Virus record (IMG/VR): IMGVR_UViG_3300048837_000485
Span: 2,511 to 66,510 of that record
From: a virus
DNA length: 64,000 bases
Strand: one strand, 5' to 3'
Part shown: positions 38,166 to 48,218 of the stretch, piece by piece
Numbering within the stretch: the stretch's first letter is position 1
Layout of the letters: the number at the start of each line of letters is the position of its first letter
Position numbers and translations under genes: made by a program
Notes under the pieces: model-generated
The model's database searches: none
What the model saw: only the letters and a program-made list of their open reading frames with translations
What the model was told of the DNA's origin: nothing

Positions 38166-39247
38166 ACCAAAAGCTCCACCATTCTTTCTCCGATATTATC
38201 ATACGAATAATTCTTAGCTATATTCAAACCATCATCTCTTTTATTCTTATGGTTCTCATATACAAGTCTCATATTCTTTTGTAATTCCAGTATATCAATA
38301 CTATTCCAAGTTTCACGACTAGACTGAATATCTTTAAAAGTATCCATTGTAGCATAACACTGTTCTTCCTTAGAAGAAACAAGATATCCATTAGAATATT
38401 CATTTAAATAATCCACAGGTCCACCGAAATCTGTAGAAATTACTGAATTACCAACTGCCATAGCATCAAAGGCACCATAGCACCAAGCTTCTCCAAAAGA
38501 AGAATTAATATAACAATGACAAGCTTGATGCAAAGACATAATCCGTTGTCTAGTTAAATGTTCAGTAATAATAATTTCTGGTTTATAATACTCAATACTT
38601 GGATATATTTTCAACCCTTCTTTAATTTTATTTAAAGAAAATATTACTTCTTTTCTAGTATCTTCTGAAGAAGTATTAAACTTACTAGTTTTAACAATTA
38701 AATTAACTGGCTCGTTAGATGAGAATTCATTATGAAATGCACGTATTAAAGATGGTAGATTTTTTCTACGGATGAATTCACCAATAGTATAGAAGTTAAA
38801 AGTTTCAGGCAGAGAAAAAGAGGGGTATAGCTCGTAGTATTCGTTAATATCACAAGCGTGTGGAACTAAAAACTTAGGCCGCGTAATATCTTTCTCTTTT
38901 AATGCTTGCTCATAAGGAACCCATATCTCATCCATAAGATTCAGGTTAGAACACCATCCTGAATATTTTATATTCCTAGATTCTAAGATGGAAATAGCTA
39001 TATTTTTATAATTGCCATTATAGTCCATCCAGTGTGGTAATAGATGCTGGATGATATGTGTAATTCCGTCGCTATCATTATCTAGACATTCTTGGATATC
39101 ATCAGGTGGTAATTCGTTTTTAGAGAGAAATATAGATCGGGCGACAACTTCTGTTTTTGTTTTTAACGAACGAATATAATCCCTGGCACATCTTGACCAT
39201 CCAGAATCACCCTCATTCAAATGTCCTAAATATAATACTTTAGACAT
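38162..39247 (-). CDS. Glycosyltransferase family 4
   Basis: RKNLPSLIRAF, SSFGEAW..DAMAVG. Confidence 0.88.
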   Translation of the reverse strand: MSKVLYLGHLNEGDSGWSRCARDYIRSLKTKTEVVARSIFLSKNELPPDDIQECLDNDSDGITHIIQHLLPHWMDYNGNYKNIAISILESRNIKYSGWCSNLNLMDEIWVPYEQALKEKDITRPKFLVPHACDINEYYELYPSFSLPETFNFYTIGEFIRRKNLPSLIRAFHNEFSSNEPVNLIVKTSKFNTSSEDTRKEVIFSLNKIKEGLKIYPSIEYYKPEIIITEHLTRQRIMSLHQACHCYINSSFGEAWCYGAFDAMAVGNSVISTDFGGPVDYLNEYSNGYLVSSKEEQCYATMDTFKDIQSSRETWNSIDILELQKNMRLVYENHKNKRDDGLNIAKNYSYDNIGERMVELLV

Positions 39248-39297
39248 TGTGGCTCCTAACTTGTGCCCAATCGTGTAAACGATCTAAATATAATACT

Positions 39298-40899
39298 TTA
39301 GACATTTTTGCTCCTAATCTGTTCCCAATAATTATACTTATTTGCTATATTCAAAATATATTTATAACATTCCTCTCTATTAAAAGGCATCATTTGAGCC
39401 CTTCCAGCTATAGATGTATCGTCTCCAAAATTAGATAATGGATTATGAGTAGTTACACCATAGTTCAATTGTCGTATAAGTTTCAATTCTAAATAAGTGT
39501 TTGAATATTTAGGAATTAAATGATGAATTAATGTTTTTACAAAAGTAGTATTAGAACATTTTTCTGGGGCTTTAATATTTGTATTAATATATTTAATAGG
39601 ATCTTTCCATTTATTTTGAATAACTATTTTATCAAAAACATCGGCCCATACTTTTATTGTTTTATCCCATCCATAATTTTTAATATAGCCATCATGTGCC
39701 CTCTTTCCTTCTGCTTTCATCAGCACACTTGGTTTATTAAAAAACTCCATTAACTTATCAACAAAGAATTCATTATCGGGCATCCCCCAATCTCTTCCGG
39801 TTTCTAATTCGTAGTATTCATAGATAACCTTTAATGGTTCACCATTTAGTTTTCTAACCACATCCTTCATTGCTGAAAAATCTACTTCCATAACCGGAAC
39901 ACCACAGGCTGCGGCTTCTACTCCAGGAACACCAAATCCTTCCAGGTAGGAATAAAGAACGAATAGATCCATTAAGTTATAAACTACCGCAAAGTCTTTT
40001 GTTGTGAGTCCATTTTTAACAGAACACATATGTGCTTTTGGTTGTTTACACCTATGGCAAAAATTAGAAATATCCGAAAAGAATGATGGAAAAAAGAACC
40101 CACAGTTTTCACATCTATAACTAAATAGTGTTTTAGAGCTAAGTCCATATTTATTTAAAAGTTTAGGTATATCCCATCCTGAATCTGGATATGAAGTATG
40201 ACAATAAAGTAAAATGTCGTTGCGTTCAGTTCGATCAAGGAATAATCTAAACGATTTAAATAAATCTGGAAAAGCTTTTCTTTTTTGGTTTCTCATAACG
40301 GTACCGATAATATATTTATCTTGTAATCCGTATGTTTTCTTAATATGTTCTTTGTTTAATGGCTTAAGATCAGAAGATACTGCTGGTGGTGCCTCCGATA
40401 AAACATCTAGTCTTTGAAAAGTTTCATTAATTAAAGTATCTTTAGACCAGTCATTATATGCTAATACTGTGTCACACCTAGAATAAACATCCAACCATTC
40501 TTCGTGTTGATTTGGTGCATCAGCAGTTACCATCCAAATCCAGTGAAATTTATCTCTAAATGGAGATTCGTCTACAAAATTATCTTGCCAAAAGTCTGAG
40601 GTAGAAATCACTACAGTAGGTTGAAAATCCAAACATATTTTTTCAAATATTAATTCTCCAAACATATATTTCTGATTTGATCTAAATTGCTCTAAAGCCT
40701 TAGTATCCTTTTTACTTGGTACTACCGGATAAACTTTCCACGGTTTGTTGTAAACCCTTTGGTCTTCAGGACTTACATACCGTGCCATCTCTGCAACTTC
40801 ATATTTCTTACTTAATTCCATAAGTAACTCACGACAGTACGCAGCATATCCTGTAGATAGATCAGAAAACTCGGAGATAACTAATATTTTATGATTCAT
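39298..40899 (-). CDS. Glycosyltransferase family 4 with CxxC..CxxC insert
   Basis: MRNQKRK, YSYLEGFGVPGVEAAACGVP; CENC/CHRC insert. Confidence 0.88.
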   Translation of the reverse strand: MNHKILVISEFSDLSTGYAAYCRELLMELSKKYEVAEMARYVSPEDQRVYNKPWKVYPVVPSKKDTKALEQFRSNQKYMFGELIFEKICLDFQPTVVISTSDFWQDNFVDESPFRDKFHWIWMVTADAPNQHEEWLDVYSRCDTVLAYNDWSKDTLINETFQRLDVLSEAPPAVSSDLKPLNKEHIKKTYGLQDKYIIGTVMRNQKRKAFPDLFKSFRLFLDRTERNDILLYCHTSYPDSGWDIPKLLNKYGLSSKTLFSYRCENCGFFFPSFFSDISNFCHRCKQPKAHMCSVKNGLTTKDFAVVYNLMDLFVLYSYLEGFGVPGVEAAACGVPVMEVDFSAMKDVVRKLNGEPLKVIYEYYELETGRDWGMPDNEFFVDKLMEFFNKPSVLMKAEGKRAHDGYIKNYGWDKTIKVWADVFDKIVIQNKWKDPIKYINTNIKAPEKCSNTTFVKTLIHHLIPKYSNTYLELKLIRQLNYGVTTHNPLSNFGDDTSIAGRAQMMPFNREECYKYILNIANKYNYWEQIRSKNV

Positions 40900-41215
40900 T
40901 TTTAGCTTGCTTCTTGAAAAGTCTAAACTTTGTTACTCGAAAATTTACTAATTTATAAAAATTATCATCAGTCTTTAAGGTGCGTTCTCTGGGAGTCGCT
41001 TCTACATATATAGTATCACCAACTGATGCATTTTCATATAAATATTTAGCAGCAGTATCCCATAATTCAAAATCAAAAAAGTGGGTATCTTCTACCTTTT
41101 GTCCATTAACAATACGTTCTTCTATAGTTGCAAGTCTAAAGTTACAAACAACAGAATCATTTACATTTACTAGTTTGGGTTGTTTAGCAAGGAATCCTAT
41201 ACCAAAAGTCTGCAC
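40889..41215 (-). CDS. ssb: Single-stranded DNA-binding protein
   Basis: G.L...P..VCNFRLA..THFFDFELW..A..G..IYVE OB-fold pattern; no acidic tail. Confidence 0.8.
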   Translation of the reverse strand: MQTFGIGFLAKQPKLVNVNDSVVCNFRLATIEERIVNGQKVEDTHFFDFELWDTAAKYLYENASVGDTIYVEATPRERTLKTDDNFYKLVNFRVTKFRLFKKQAKNES

Positions 41216-41234
41216 TACTTATTCTCCTAATTAT

Positions 41235-41675
41235 TTATTTATTTCTCTTTTTAAATATCTTCATAAACTTCTCAATACTAATTTTATTTTTCATATTATC
41301 TAAATTCTGAGATTTTATAAAATTAGATAAATCTAAAGTTAATTCACTTTCTTTTTCTTTATTTAATGGTTCCGACAAAAAAGAATATATTGTTGTAGAT
41401 TTTCCATTTTTATCATTAGCTATAATATATTTTGTTGGAATAGATCTTTCTAAAGATAATAGACAAATGTAACAAACAATAAACGGCCTTACTTCATAAT
41501 CTAAAACCCGAAAAGTATTTGTTTTCTTTTTATTTGAAATAACTAATTCGTTTTTGTAATAGAAAAACGTTATTTCCTCTTCAAACATGTCTAAATCTAG
41601 GTTTGCAGGTAAAAACACAGACAAAGCGTTTTCGGAAACGGGCTTTACATATACAATATAGTTATTTTCGATCAA
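41235..41675 (-). CDS. Hypothetical protein
   Basis: Co-oriented ORF. Confidence 0.5.
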   Translation of the reverse strand: MIENNYIVYVKPVSENALSVFLPANLDLDMFEEEITFFYYKNELVISNKKKTNTFRVLDYEVRPFIVCYICLLSLERSIPTKYIIANDKNGKSTTIYSFLSEPLNKEKESELTLDLSNFIKSQNLDNMKNKISIEKFMKIFKKRNK

Positions 41676-41689
41676 TAAGTCAAGTTCAT

Positions 41690-42763
41690 TTATTTGATTT
41701 TTGATATTACAAACCCTCCTTTTTTACCAGGATAACCCATAACGAATATTACGGCCCCTGGGTATAGCTTGTGTCTATTCTCTGTCCACACTTCTGAAAA
41801 TACCATACATTTGATTTCTCCGGTATTGTCAGACGCATTAAAAGACCCCATCATTTCACCCTTACTTTTTCCCTGCTTGATTTTATATTCTTTTGGTTCG
41901 GTAATTTCTAATATTAATGTACACTCATTCTGCTTACCATCGTTAATTTCTTTACATGTTGCATTTGCAATCTCGTCAGAAATATCTGTTTTGTGAAAGT
42001 CAAGACAAATACCAAGCATTTCATTTTCAACATCGTATCTCCAGGCCGGATCATCAATTAAAGAATATGGCGGATGATCTAAAGCCTTAATTAAATCTTG
42101 AATAATAACCCGCCTGTTAATATTAACCTTATCAAGTATAAATTTAAACTTTTCCTGTAAAGTACCTTTGCATTCTAACGTTAAATTGATTTCTCTAGAG
42201 GATAGCTTATTATAAATGGTATACTGATGCAGCATATCCTTTCTACTAATTCCATATTCATCAAAAAAACCAACAGATGTTAGATTGATCATTGTTTGTT
42301 TTTGTAAGTTAGCTTCTAATATATCTATCCATGATGGATTTTTAGAAAGAGTTTTCATAAGAGATTTAATATGAAGTTTACCAATTTGCTTTACATGTTG
42401 TAATCCAAATAAAATCTCTCCGTTCTTATGATAAAAATCTACAATACCATCTTCTTTAATGTCGGACAGGTGTGTCATGCGTACATTTATGTCATGTCTT
42501 TGAGCATCCGTAACTAATTCTTTAATTTCAATTTTTGGCTTTGGTTTATCTTTAGCATTGTTTAAATATTCAGTATAGAATTCTAGAGGGTAATGAGTTT
42601 TTAGATACGCAGTCCAGTAGGAGATGTAGCTATAACTAACTCCATGTGAATTTGATGTGATTATGTTATTAGCATAAAATAAATGATGATCATTATCAAC
42701 CTCTATATCTAGAGTTCTAATTTTTCCTATTGGTTTTATGGATTTAATTTTAGTAAATTGCAT
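41690..42763 (-). CDS. dnaE: DNA polymerase III alpha, C-terminal fragment preceded by a C-intein
   Basis: SHGVSYSYISYWTAYLKTHYPLEFY, ILFGLQHVKQIG (HhH), C-terminal OB fold. Confidence 0.9.
   Translation of the reverse strand: MQFTKIKSIKPIGKIRTLDIEVDNDHHLFYANNIITSNSHGVSYSYISYWTAYLKTHYPLEFYTEYLNNAKDKPKPKIEIKELVTDAQRHDINVRMTHLSDIKEDGIVDFYHKNGEILFGLQHVKQIGKLHIKSLMKTLSKNPSWIDILEANLQKQTMINLTSVGFFDEYGISRKDMLHQYTIYNKLSSREINLTLECKGTLQEKFKFILDKVNINRRVIIQDLIKALDHPPYSLIDDPAWRYDVENEMLGICLDFHKTDISDEIANATCKEINDGKQNECTLILEITEPKEYKIKQGKSKGEMMGSFNASDNTGEIKCMVFSEVWTENRHKLYPGAVIFVMGYPGKKGGFVISKIK
42650..42763 (-). mobile_element. Split intein, C-part (38 aa)
   Basis: MQFTKIKSI..TLDIEVDNDHHLFYANNIITSN|S (blocks F/G, terminal Asn, Ser+1). 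Confidence 0.9.
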
Positions 42764-43647
42764 AATTCTTTCTCAATTTGTTTTATATTATTAATAATAT
42801 CATCTTCCCAAAATCTTGTTAATGATAAATTATTATTTTTAAAATAATTATTCTTTTTTAAATCTCTGTAAAAGTTAACCTTTTGTGTTTTTGTCTTAGG
42901 ACCATTTGGATAAAACTTTATATTCGAGTGAAAATAATCACCATCAACTTCTATATATATATTATATTTTGGTAAATAAAAGTCCACTGACCAAAATTCT
43001 ACTATTTTTTCTCTTTCAAAAAGAATATTTAATTTTCGTAATAATTTACTAAACTCTTTTACGGGTTTCGTTTCGTTTTGATTAAATTTACCATCTTTAA
43101 TCATCTTCAATGTATTTTGTCTAAATTTTTCTTTATTTTCTGCCGTGTGCTTATGTCCAGTATGTCCATGAACAGTTCTTTTTAATGCAGATTCTTTTTG
43201 TTTTTGTCTAACCTTTAAGGGGGTTGTTCTACCCTTTGTTTTAATACTAGTTTGTAATACAGATGGGTGTGTAAATTTTGTTTCATCTTTATTCCAAGGT
43301 ATTTTTTTATACATTGGATTACCAGCACCTTTTCTAGTAATTTTTGCATCCTGACTCCATTTTTGTTGTCCAGGATTTCTACCGCATGCATACTTTTTAT
43401 ATCTAAATTTTGATCCTTGTATTATTATACTTAAGTATTTATTACAAATTTTACATGGGCACTTCTTTCTTTTTAACTTACATGTATTAAAAAAATATTC
43501 ATTATATGTTAAACCATGATCTATTTTTAGATGCTTTAAGAATACCTGTGTAAGATACACCCCACCGCCTCCATATATTGGAGCCAGTAACTTGATTGTT
43601 TTTTTGCATATTTTACATATATGCCATTCTTTATTATTTATATTCAT
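42736..43647 (-). CDS. Free-standing Vsr-like homing endonuclease between the split-intein halves
   Basis: SVDFYLPKYNIYIEVDGDYFH..RFWEDD; NUMOD3-like GAGNPMY/HTAE. Confidence 0.8.
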   Translation of the reverse strand: MNINNKEWHICKICKKTIKLLAPIYGGGGVYLTQVFLKHLKIDHGLTYNEYFFNTCKLKRKKCPCKICNKYLSIIIQGSKFRYKKYACGRNPGQQKWSQDAKITRKGAGNPMYKKIPWNKDETKFTHPSVLQTSIKTKGRTTPLKVRQKQKESALKRTVHGHTGHKHTAENKEKFRQNTLKMIKDGKFNQNETKPVKEFSKLLRKLNILFEREKIVEFWSVDFYLPKYNIYIEVDGDYFHSNIKFYPNGPKTKTQKVNFYRDLKKNNYFKNNNLSLTRFWEDDIINNIKQIEKELCNLLKLNP

Positions 43648-43678
43648 ATGATTGACTCCTATTAATGTCTCTCATAGT

Positions 43679-43686
43679 ATTATACA
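43679..43686 (-). promoter_or_regulatory. TGTATAAT putative phage promoter
   Basis: Overlaps the N-intein stop, ~32 bp upstream of the endonuclease ATG with AGGAG RBS. Confidence 0.55.
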
Positions 43687-44546
43687 TTATTTTCATCCAA
43701 AAGGGTCATTTCATGATTATTTTTAATAATATCAGACAATCGTCTTATAATTTTATCTGAACATAAAAATTTATGATTAAGAGTACATAAAATACTATCT
43801 CCAGATTCTAATATTACTTCATATACTTCTTGTTTTCCTTGTTCTATTTTATTTAGAACCGTAGAAAATACATTTGTTTTATAGTCACTAGATGGTGTTA
43901 AAATTTCATCCCCAATATTTACTTCATCTAGTGTTAGATAACCGTGTCTAGATTCTACTACTGTATCAGGACTTAAGCACTGATTAAATGAGTATCTTTG
44001 ACTGTTTTTAATATTCTCAAATACTTCTTTAGATAATTGCTCATCTAGTTTACCAATTGTTTTACAGCCATCAAGAAATGTTTTTTCTAATGATGCCATA
44101 ATTTTTGAATCTTTGGTACCAATAGCTTTACGTAAAATATCAGCTTGAATTAAATCAAAGCCTGCTAAAATTTGTGCAAGACGCATAGCCTGTTCTTGAT
44201 AAACAATAATCCCCTGAGTTGGCCCAAGAATAACTTCTAAATCTGGATGTTGAAATTTAATTATATCTATTTTGTTTTTACGATCACAGTAAACTTGTGT
44301 TAAAGATTTAACCTTTCCGTTTTCATCAGTTAATTTACTTTCGAGGGTTCCTGGTCGTATCACAGAGATTAAGTCAGATAACTCTTCAATAGATCTAGGC
44401 TTTAATTCTTTAGACCAGTGTTTACCTAGGTATTCTAGTTGAAAAATCCCCTTAACGTCTCCACGACAAATCGTATCCCACGTCAACTCATCATTCGTTG
44501 GTAAATTATATATTAGATCATTGATTGTGTTTTGTAACATATTCAC
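43680..44546 (-). CDS. dnaE: DNA polymerase III alpha, middle fragment followed by an N-intein
   Basis: GIFQLE, IRPG, TQGIIVYQEQAM, ADILRKAIG, YSFNQ|CLSPDT. Confidence 0.92.
   Translation of the reverse strand: MNMLQNTINDLIYNLPTNDELTWDTICRGDVKGIFQLEYLGKHWSKELKPRSIEELSDLISVIRPGTLESKLTDENGKVKSLTQVYCDRKNKIDIIKFQHPDLEVILGPTQGIIVYQEQAMRLAQILAGFDLIQADILRKAIGTKDSKIMASLEKTFLDGCKTIGKLDEQLSKEVFENIKNSQRYSFNQCLSPDTVVESRHGYLTLDEVNIGDEILTPSSDYKTNVFSTVLNKIEQGKQEVYEVILESGDSILCTLNHKFLCSDKIIRRLSDIIKNNHEMTLLDENNV
43683..43979 (-). mobile_element. Split intein, N-part (99 aa)
   Basis: CLSPDTVV (block A), ILCTLNHKF (block B), followed by stop. Confidence 0.9.
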
Positions 44547-45357
44547 ACATTCTTATAAAATACTCTTCTTTTAAATTTTGTTTCATCTTATTTATATCTT
44601 TATGTACCCATTGTACATTTTCTTTAGTATAACCTTTTGATGAGTCTATCCTATCAAGGGACGCATTTCTTTTTTTACCGGGTCCTAAATATAGACTTAT
44701 TCCACTTAATTTACATTTTCTATCTTGATCTAAAAAAACTTGCCAAATATATTCAATACTTATTGAAAATTCTATTTTATTATCTAATGCTCTTTGTTTT
44801 ATTCCATTAAAATGACCACCACTTATTTCCTCATAACCTTTCCACATATAATGTTTAGAACCGCTTCTATAACATCCGCAAGAATTGGTTTCTCCAGACA
44901 TTAAATTAGAAGATATAATATCTATGGTTTTACCACAATCACACAAGCATGTCCAAACTGAATTGTGTTTATTTTTTTTATTAGATAATTTTTGTACTGT
45001 TAGGTGTCCAATCTTTTTGCCTATTAAGTTAGTTGGAGTATTTCCTAATTTAGTGTTAATATTATATTTTTTAAGAAGTTTATATATTGCTTTATTACTA
45101 AAACCGTATTCTTTTGCTATTATATTACAACTTTTTAAGTTTATAAAATACTCTTTGTATAAAATATTTTTTGGAATAGCCTCTATTACTTTTTCTATTT
45201 TAATATGTTTTGTCGGCCCCTTTTGTAAATCATATTTTTTAATATATAAAGATATACTTCTTTTTTTTAGGTTTAGTATTTTAGATATTTTAAGTATAGT
45301 ATATTTTTTATTATAGTATAAATCATACAACTCTTCTTTAGATATCATTTTATTCAT
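44518..45357 (-). CDS. HNH-type homing endonuclease-like protein
   Basis: WTCLCDCG..SCGC; SLDRIDSSKGYTKENVQWVHKDINKMK. Confidence 0.8.
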   Translation of the reverse strand: MNKMISKEELYDLYYNKKYTILKISKILNLKKRSISLYIKKYDLQKGPTKHIKIEKVIEAIPKNILYKEYFINLKSCNIIAKEYGFSNKAIYKLLKKYNINTKLGNTPTNLIGKKIGHLTVQKLSNKKNKHNSVWTCLCDCGKTIDIISSNLMSGETNSCGCYRSGSKHYMWKGYEEISGGHFNGIKQRALDNKIEFSISIEYIWQVFLDQDRKCKLSGISLYLGPGKKRNASLDRIDSSKGYTKENVQWVHKDINKMKQNLKEEYFIRMCEYVTKHNQ

Positions 45358-46165
45358 AATTATACTTACTCATGATTCTAGTAATAACCTTGTTCTCTTC
45401 TTCAAAACACGTATTATTAAATTTTGATCTCATTTGTTTATGAACATGACGAGTTAATTTCATAAATTTAATTAATAACATTGCCCCTTGTAGAACATCC
45501 ACAATTCCACTATGAGCCCCTTCTTTATTAATACCAAACTTTTCTCTCATATTATCCATACTATAACTTTTTACAGTATAATCGGACTCAAACCAATGAA
45601 ATAACATACGGAGAAGGTCAAAATTATCTCTAGGATGAAAAAGTTTTGACTGTCCTTTTTTATCATCCCAAGGTCCAAGTTTATATGGTTCTTTAGTAGG
45701 ATAAGTATTAGTTACCATTTTTCCTAATTCATTCTTTTCTTCTATAGAATAGGTTGGATTTAACCTACAATTACCACCAATAATTCTATCAGTAATTATA
45801 TCATCAAATCTATTATTATTAAAACCAGCACAAATTGGGGCGTCCCATAATCTACCAGTCTTGTTAAATTGATTAACAAAGGTACAAAATTGAGCCCATA
45901 CTACTTTTAAGTCAGGTGCTTTTTCTAATCTTTCAATAGACATTCCTGTGATTTCTAATGCCTTATCTTCAATTTCACCTAGACCATTCTTTAACTGCTT
46001 GTCTTTATCAAAGATGGGTCTTATATCTGAATTAAAAATACCGGTTTCGATAATTTCCAACTTCTTAGGATCTATTGCAACAGCTGCAAGCTGTGTTGGT
46101 TGAGTATTGTTTTTATCCTTGCCGGTTGTTTCGTAATCCATGAAGATAATTGTATTAGAGTTCAT
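45350..46165 (-). CDS. dnaQ: DEDDh 3'-5' exonuclease (Pol III epsilon-like)
   Basis: MDYETTG, GFNNNRFD, AHSGIVDV. Confidence 0.85.
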   Translation of the reverse strand: MNSNTIIFMDYETTGKDKNNTQPTQLAAVAIDPKKLEIIETGIFNSDIRPIFDKDKQLKNGLGEIEDKALEITGMSIERLEKAPDLKVVWAQFCTFVNQFNKTGRLWDAPICAGFNNNRFDDIITDRIIGGNCRLNPTYSIEEKNELGKMVTNTYPTKEPYKLGPWDDKKGQSKLFHPRDNFDLLRMLFHWFESDYTVKSYSMDNMREKFGINKEGAHSGIVDVLQGAMLLIKFMKLTRHVHKQMRSKFNNTCFEEENKVITRIMSKYNYE

Positions 46166-46421
46166 TAGTTATACTTTCTGTTATAGTCCAATATTTATTT
46201 AATTCATCAATTGAATTATGCCATGAGGTAGCTCTTATTTCAGAAATAGCTTGATTATCTTTTTTAATAAAATATACCTGACCCAATGAATATTTTTCAT
46301 CCTTAGTTAGGATAAGATGTAATTTATGTTTAAAATAAACAATACTTACTATCCTACAATAATATGATAACATCATAAACATATCTCTAACCAAAATACT
46401 ATCATTAATTTTAAAACTCAT
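46155..46421 (-). CDS. Hypothetical protein
   Basis: Co-oriented ORF overlapping both neighbours. Confidence 0.5.
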   Translation of the reverse strand: MSFKINDSILVRDMFMMLSYYCRIVSIVYFKHKLHLILTKDEKYSLGQVYFIKKDNQAISEIRATSWHNSIDELNKYWTITESITNEL

Positions 46422-46983
46422 TTATTTTCTTTCCTCTCCAGAAATTATAAAAATCACATTCTGGAATAGTTACTGCTAGTTTATTTCCCATGTACCATAC
46501 CTTTTCATGAGGATACTTATCTAGTATATCTTTCATTGTTGAAGTTTTGATAATAGTATATCTGATATTTTTAATATTTTGATTTATTAATTCTATATGC
46601 TGATTAAGCTTATAATTCATTGGTTTTTTTAAAGATACTCTTCCGATATTATAAAACAATAGAATATCAGAACCATCTTTGATATAATTCTGTAATGAGT
46701 TAACTTTAAAAGTAACCTTCCCCTTAGTTGGACCCCATTTTACATCTAACTTTTGAATTATTTTTTTCTTATTTTTAAACAGATAAATCTTGTAGTCAGC
46801 CTTAGATGTAGCATATTTTGTTACTTTTCCAGTATTATCTGTACCATAATCTTCATATTCAATTTTATCATATTTATTACAAATCTGTTTAAGATATACT
46901 TTAATCCAAAATTTTTCTAATTTAGTACTAAATAATATATCTTTCTTAAAAGTATCGGCATCCCTGTAGTCTACTCTTTTCAT
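46411..46983 (-). CDS. Putative PD-(D/E)XK-like nuclease
   Basis: KADYKIY...KLDVK spacing. Confidence 0.45.
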   Translation of the reverse strand: MKRVDYRDADTFKKDILFSTKLEKFWIKVYLKQICNKYDKIEYEDYGTDNTGKVTKYATSKADYKIYLFKNKKKIIQKLDVKWGPTKGKVTFKVNSLQNYIKDGSDILLFYNIGRVSLKKPMNYKLNQHIELINQNIKNIRYTIIKTSTMKDILDKYPHEKVWYMGNKLAVTIPECDFYNFWRGKKINEF

Positions 46984-47282
46984 TAATGATTACCTTTATA
47001 CTGTTCAGATCTTAATATGCGATCTATTTCAGCAGCAATTAGTGCTCCGCTTTTTGTTAAATTTTCTATAGTATATTTTTTAGGCTTAAACCATGACTTA
47101 TTCCAGGTAACTGGCCACCAATTTTGATATTGATCCCATCTCCATATATAATTAAATAAAATATATGATACGGCTGCACTACAAAGTTCGCCTTTTGTAT
47201 ATGAATCGTCTAAAGATGGTAAAAATCCCTCTTCTTTTATTTGACGCTCTCGTTCTTTTGCTATTAACTCAATTCCATTCAT
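46983..47282 (-). CDS. Conserved phage hypothetical protein
   Basis: ERERQIKEEG..DD.Y..GEL..AA..WWP..GALIAAEIDR pattern. Confidence 0.7.
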   Translation of the reverse strand: MNGIELIAKERERQIKEEGFLPSLDDSYTKGELCSAAVSYILFNYIWRWDQYQNWWPVTWNKSWFKPKKYTIENLTKSGALIAAEIDRILRSEQYKGNH

Positions 47283-47754
47283 TAAAGACTTTCTTGAATT
47301 TTTCTAATATAGTTTTATTTCTGTTCATCACAAAATTAGCCGAATAAGTTGGTATAAATTTTGTATCAAATGATGTAAATTCTTCACCTATAATTTCTTG
47401 TATCTTTACTTTTCTATTTATAGGAATTAGATGATAACAAACTTCAATACCAAGACCAAATACTATTTTAGATTTCTTTATATCTTGTGATAACCAATTA
47501 TCAATACAAACTTTTTTATTTTCAGTCTTTGCTACACCGTTACATCTAGTTAAAAATGTGTATCTAAAAGGAACATTAATAATCTTTTTTAAGAAATCAT
47601 ATTCGGCACTACAAGGACTATTGATAAGAACCTCATCTTCTGATGGATTTGTTGCAACTAAAAGTATATCACCAGATCCGTATGTTTTAAATGGAGTACA
47701 TCCTGCTAATAAGTTTTCTGATAATGGACATAGTGTACAATTTTTTAATTCCAT
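47269..47754 (-). CDS. Uracil-DNA glycosylase family-4-like protein (degenerate)
   Basis: CTLCPL, ILLVATNP..E, LTRC, VFGLG, IPTYS. Confidence 0.65.
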   Translation of the reverse strand: MELKNCTLCPLSENLLAGCTPFKTYGSGDILLVATNPSEDEVLINSPCSAEYDFLKKIINVPFRYTFLTRCNGVAKTENKKVCIDNWLSQDIKKSKIVFGLGIEVCYHLIPINRKVKIQEIIGEEFTSFDTKFIPTYSANFVMNRNKTILEKFKKVFNEWN

Positions 47755-47951
47755 TAATACTCTTCTATATTTTCTAAATCTTCGTCATTAATGCACCAAA
47801 GTATATCCTCAAGAAAATATTTACGATCTGATGCCGACATAGAATCCCAATCTTCATTATTATGAATATGAAAATATATATTATTGTCTTTTATAAAATT
47901 TAATACTTCTTCTTTGGATGAGGTGATAGTTGGTAAATTATTATGATTCAT
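47754..47951 (-). CDS. Hypothetical protein
   Basis: Coupled co-oriented ORF. Confidence 0.5.
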   Translation of the reverse strand: MNHNNLPTITSSKEEVLNFIKDNNIYFHIHNNEDWDSMSASDRKYFLEDILWCINDEDLENIEEY

Positions 47952-48174
47952 TTTTATCTAATACCTTTTTCAATTCAATAAACTTATCAATAGCATCATT
48001 CATGTTTCTATAAATTTTACTAAATGGCTGTACTTTATTATCATAAAAAACCTGATATCCTCTACGTACAATAACACCATGTAAGTTTACGTATGTTAGA
48101 AATAATTTATTTTTATGAGAAATGTCTAATTTATTTTTTAATAATGTTTCGATTTCTGTTTTCATATTTTCCAA
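47941..48174 (-). CDS. Hypothetical protein
   Basis: Coupled co-oriented ORF. Confidence 0.55.
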   Translation of the reverse strand: MENMKTEIETLLKNKLDISHKNKLFLTYVNLHGVIVRRGYQVFYDNKVQPFSKIYRNMNDAIDKFIELKKVLDKNES

Positions 48175-48218
48175 TCTTGTTATTCTATACTATAGTAAAG
48201 GCCATATTTTATATTTGT

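Noticed and set aside
46155-46421. NEF*/NEL* similarity at both ends of this ORF as another junction echo
   Set aside because: Largely explained by the common AATGA start/stop overlap; too short to support
44547-48218. Group I/II intron joining dnaE N and middle fragments
   Set aside because: Interval is fully packed with coupled protein genes including dnaQ, and no ribozyme core was recognised; not formally excluded
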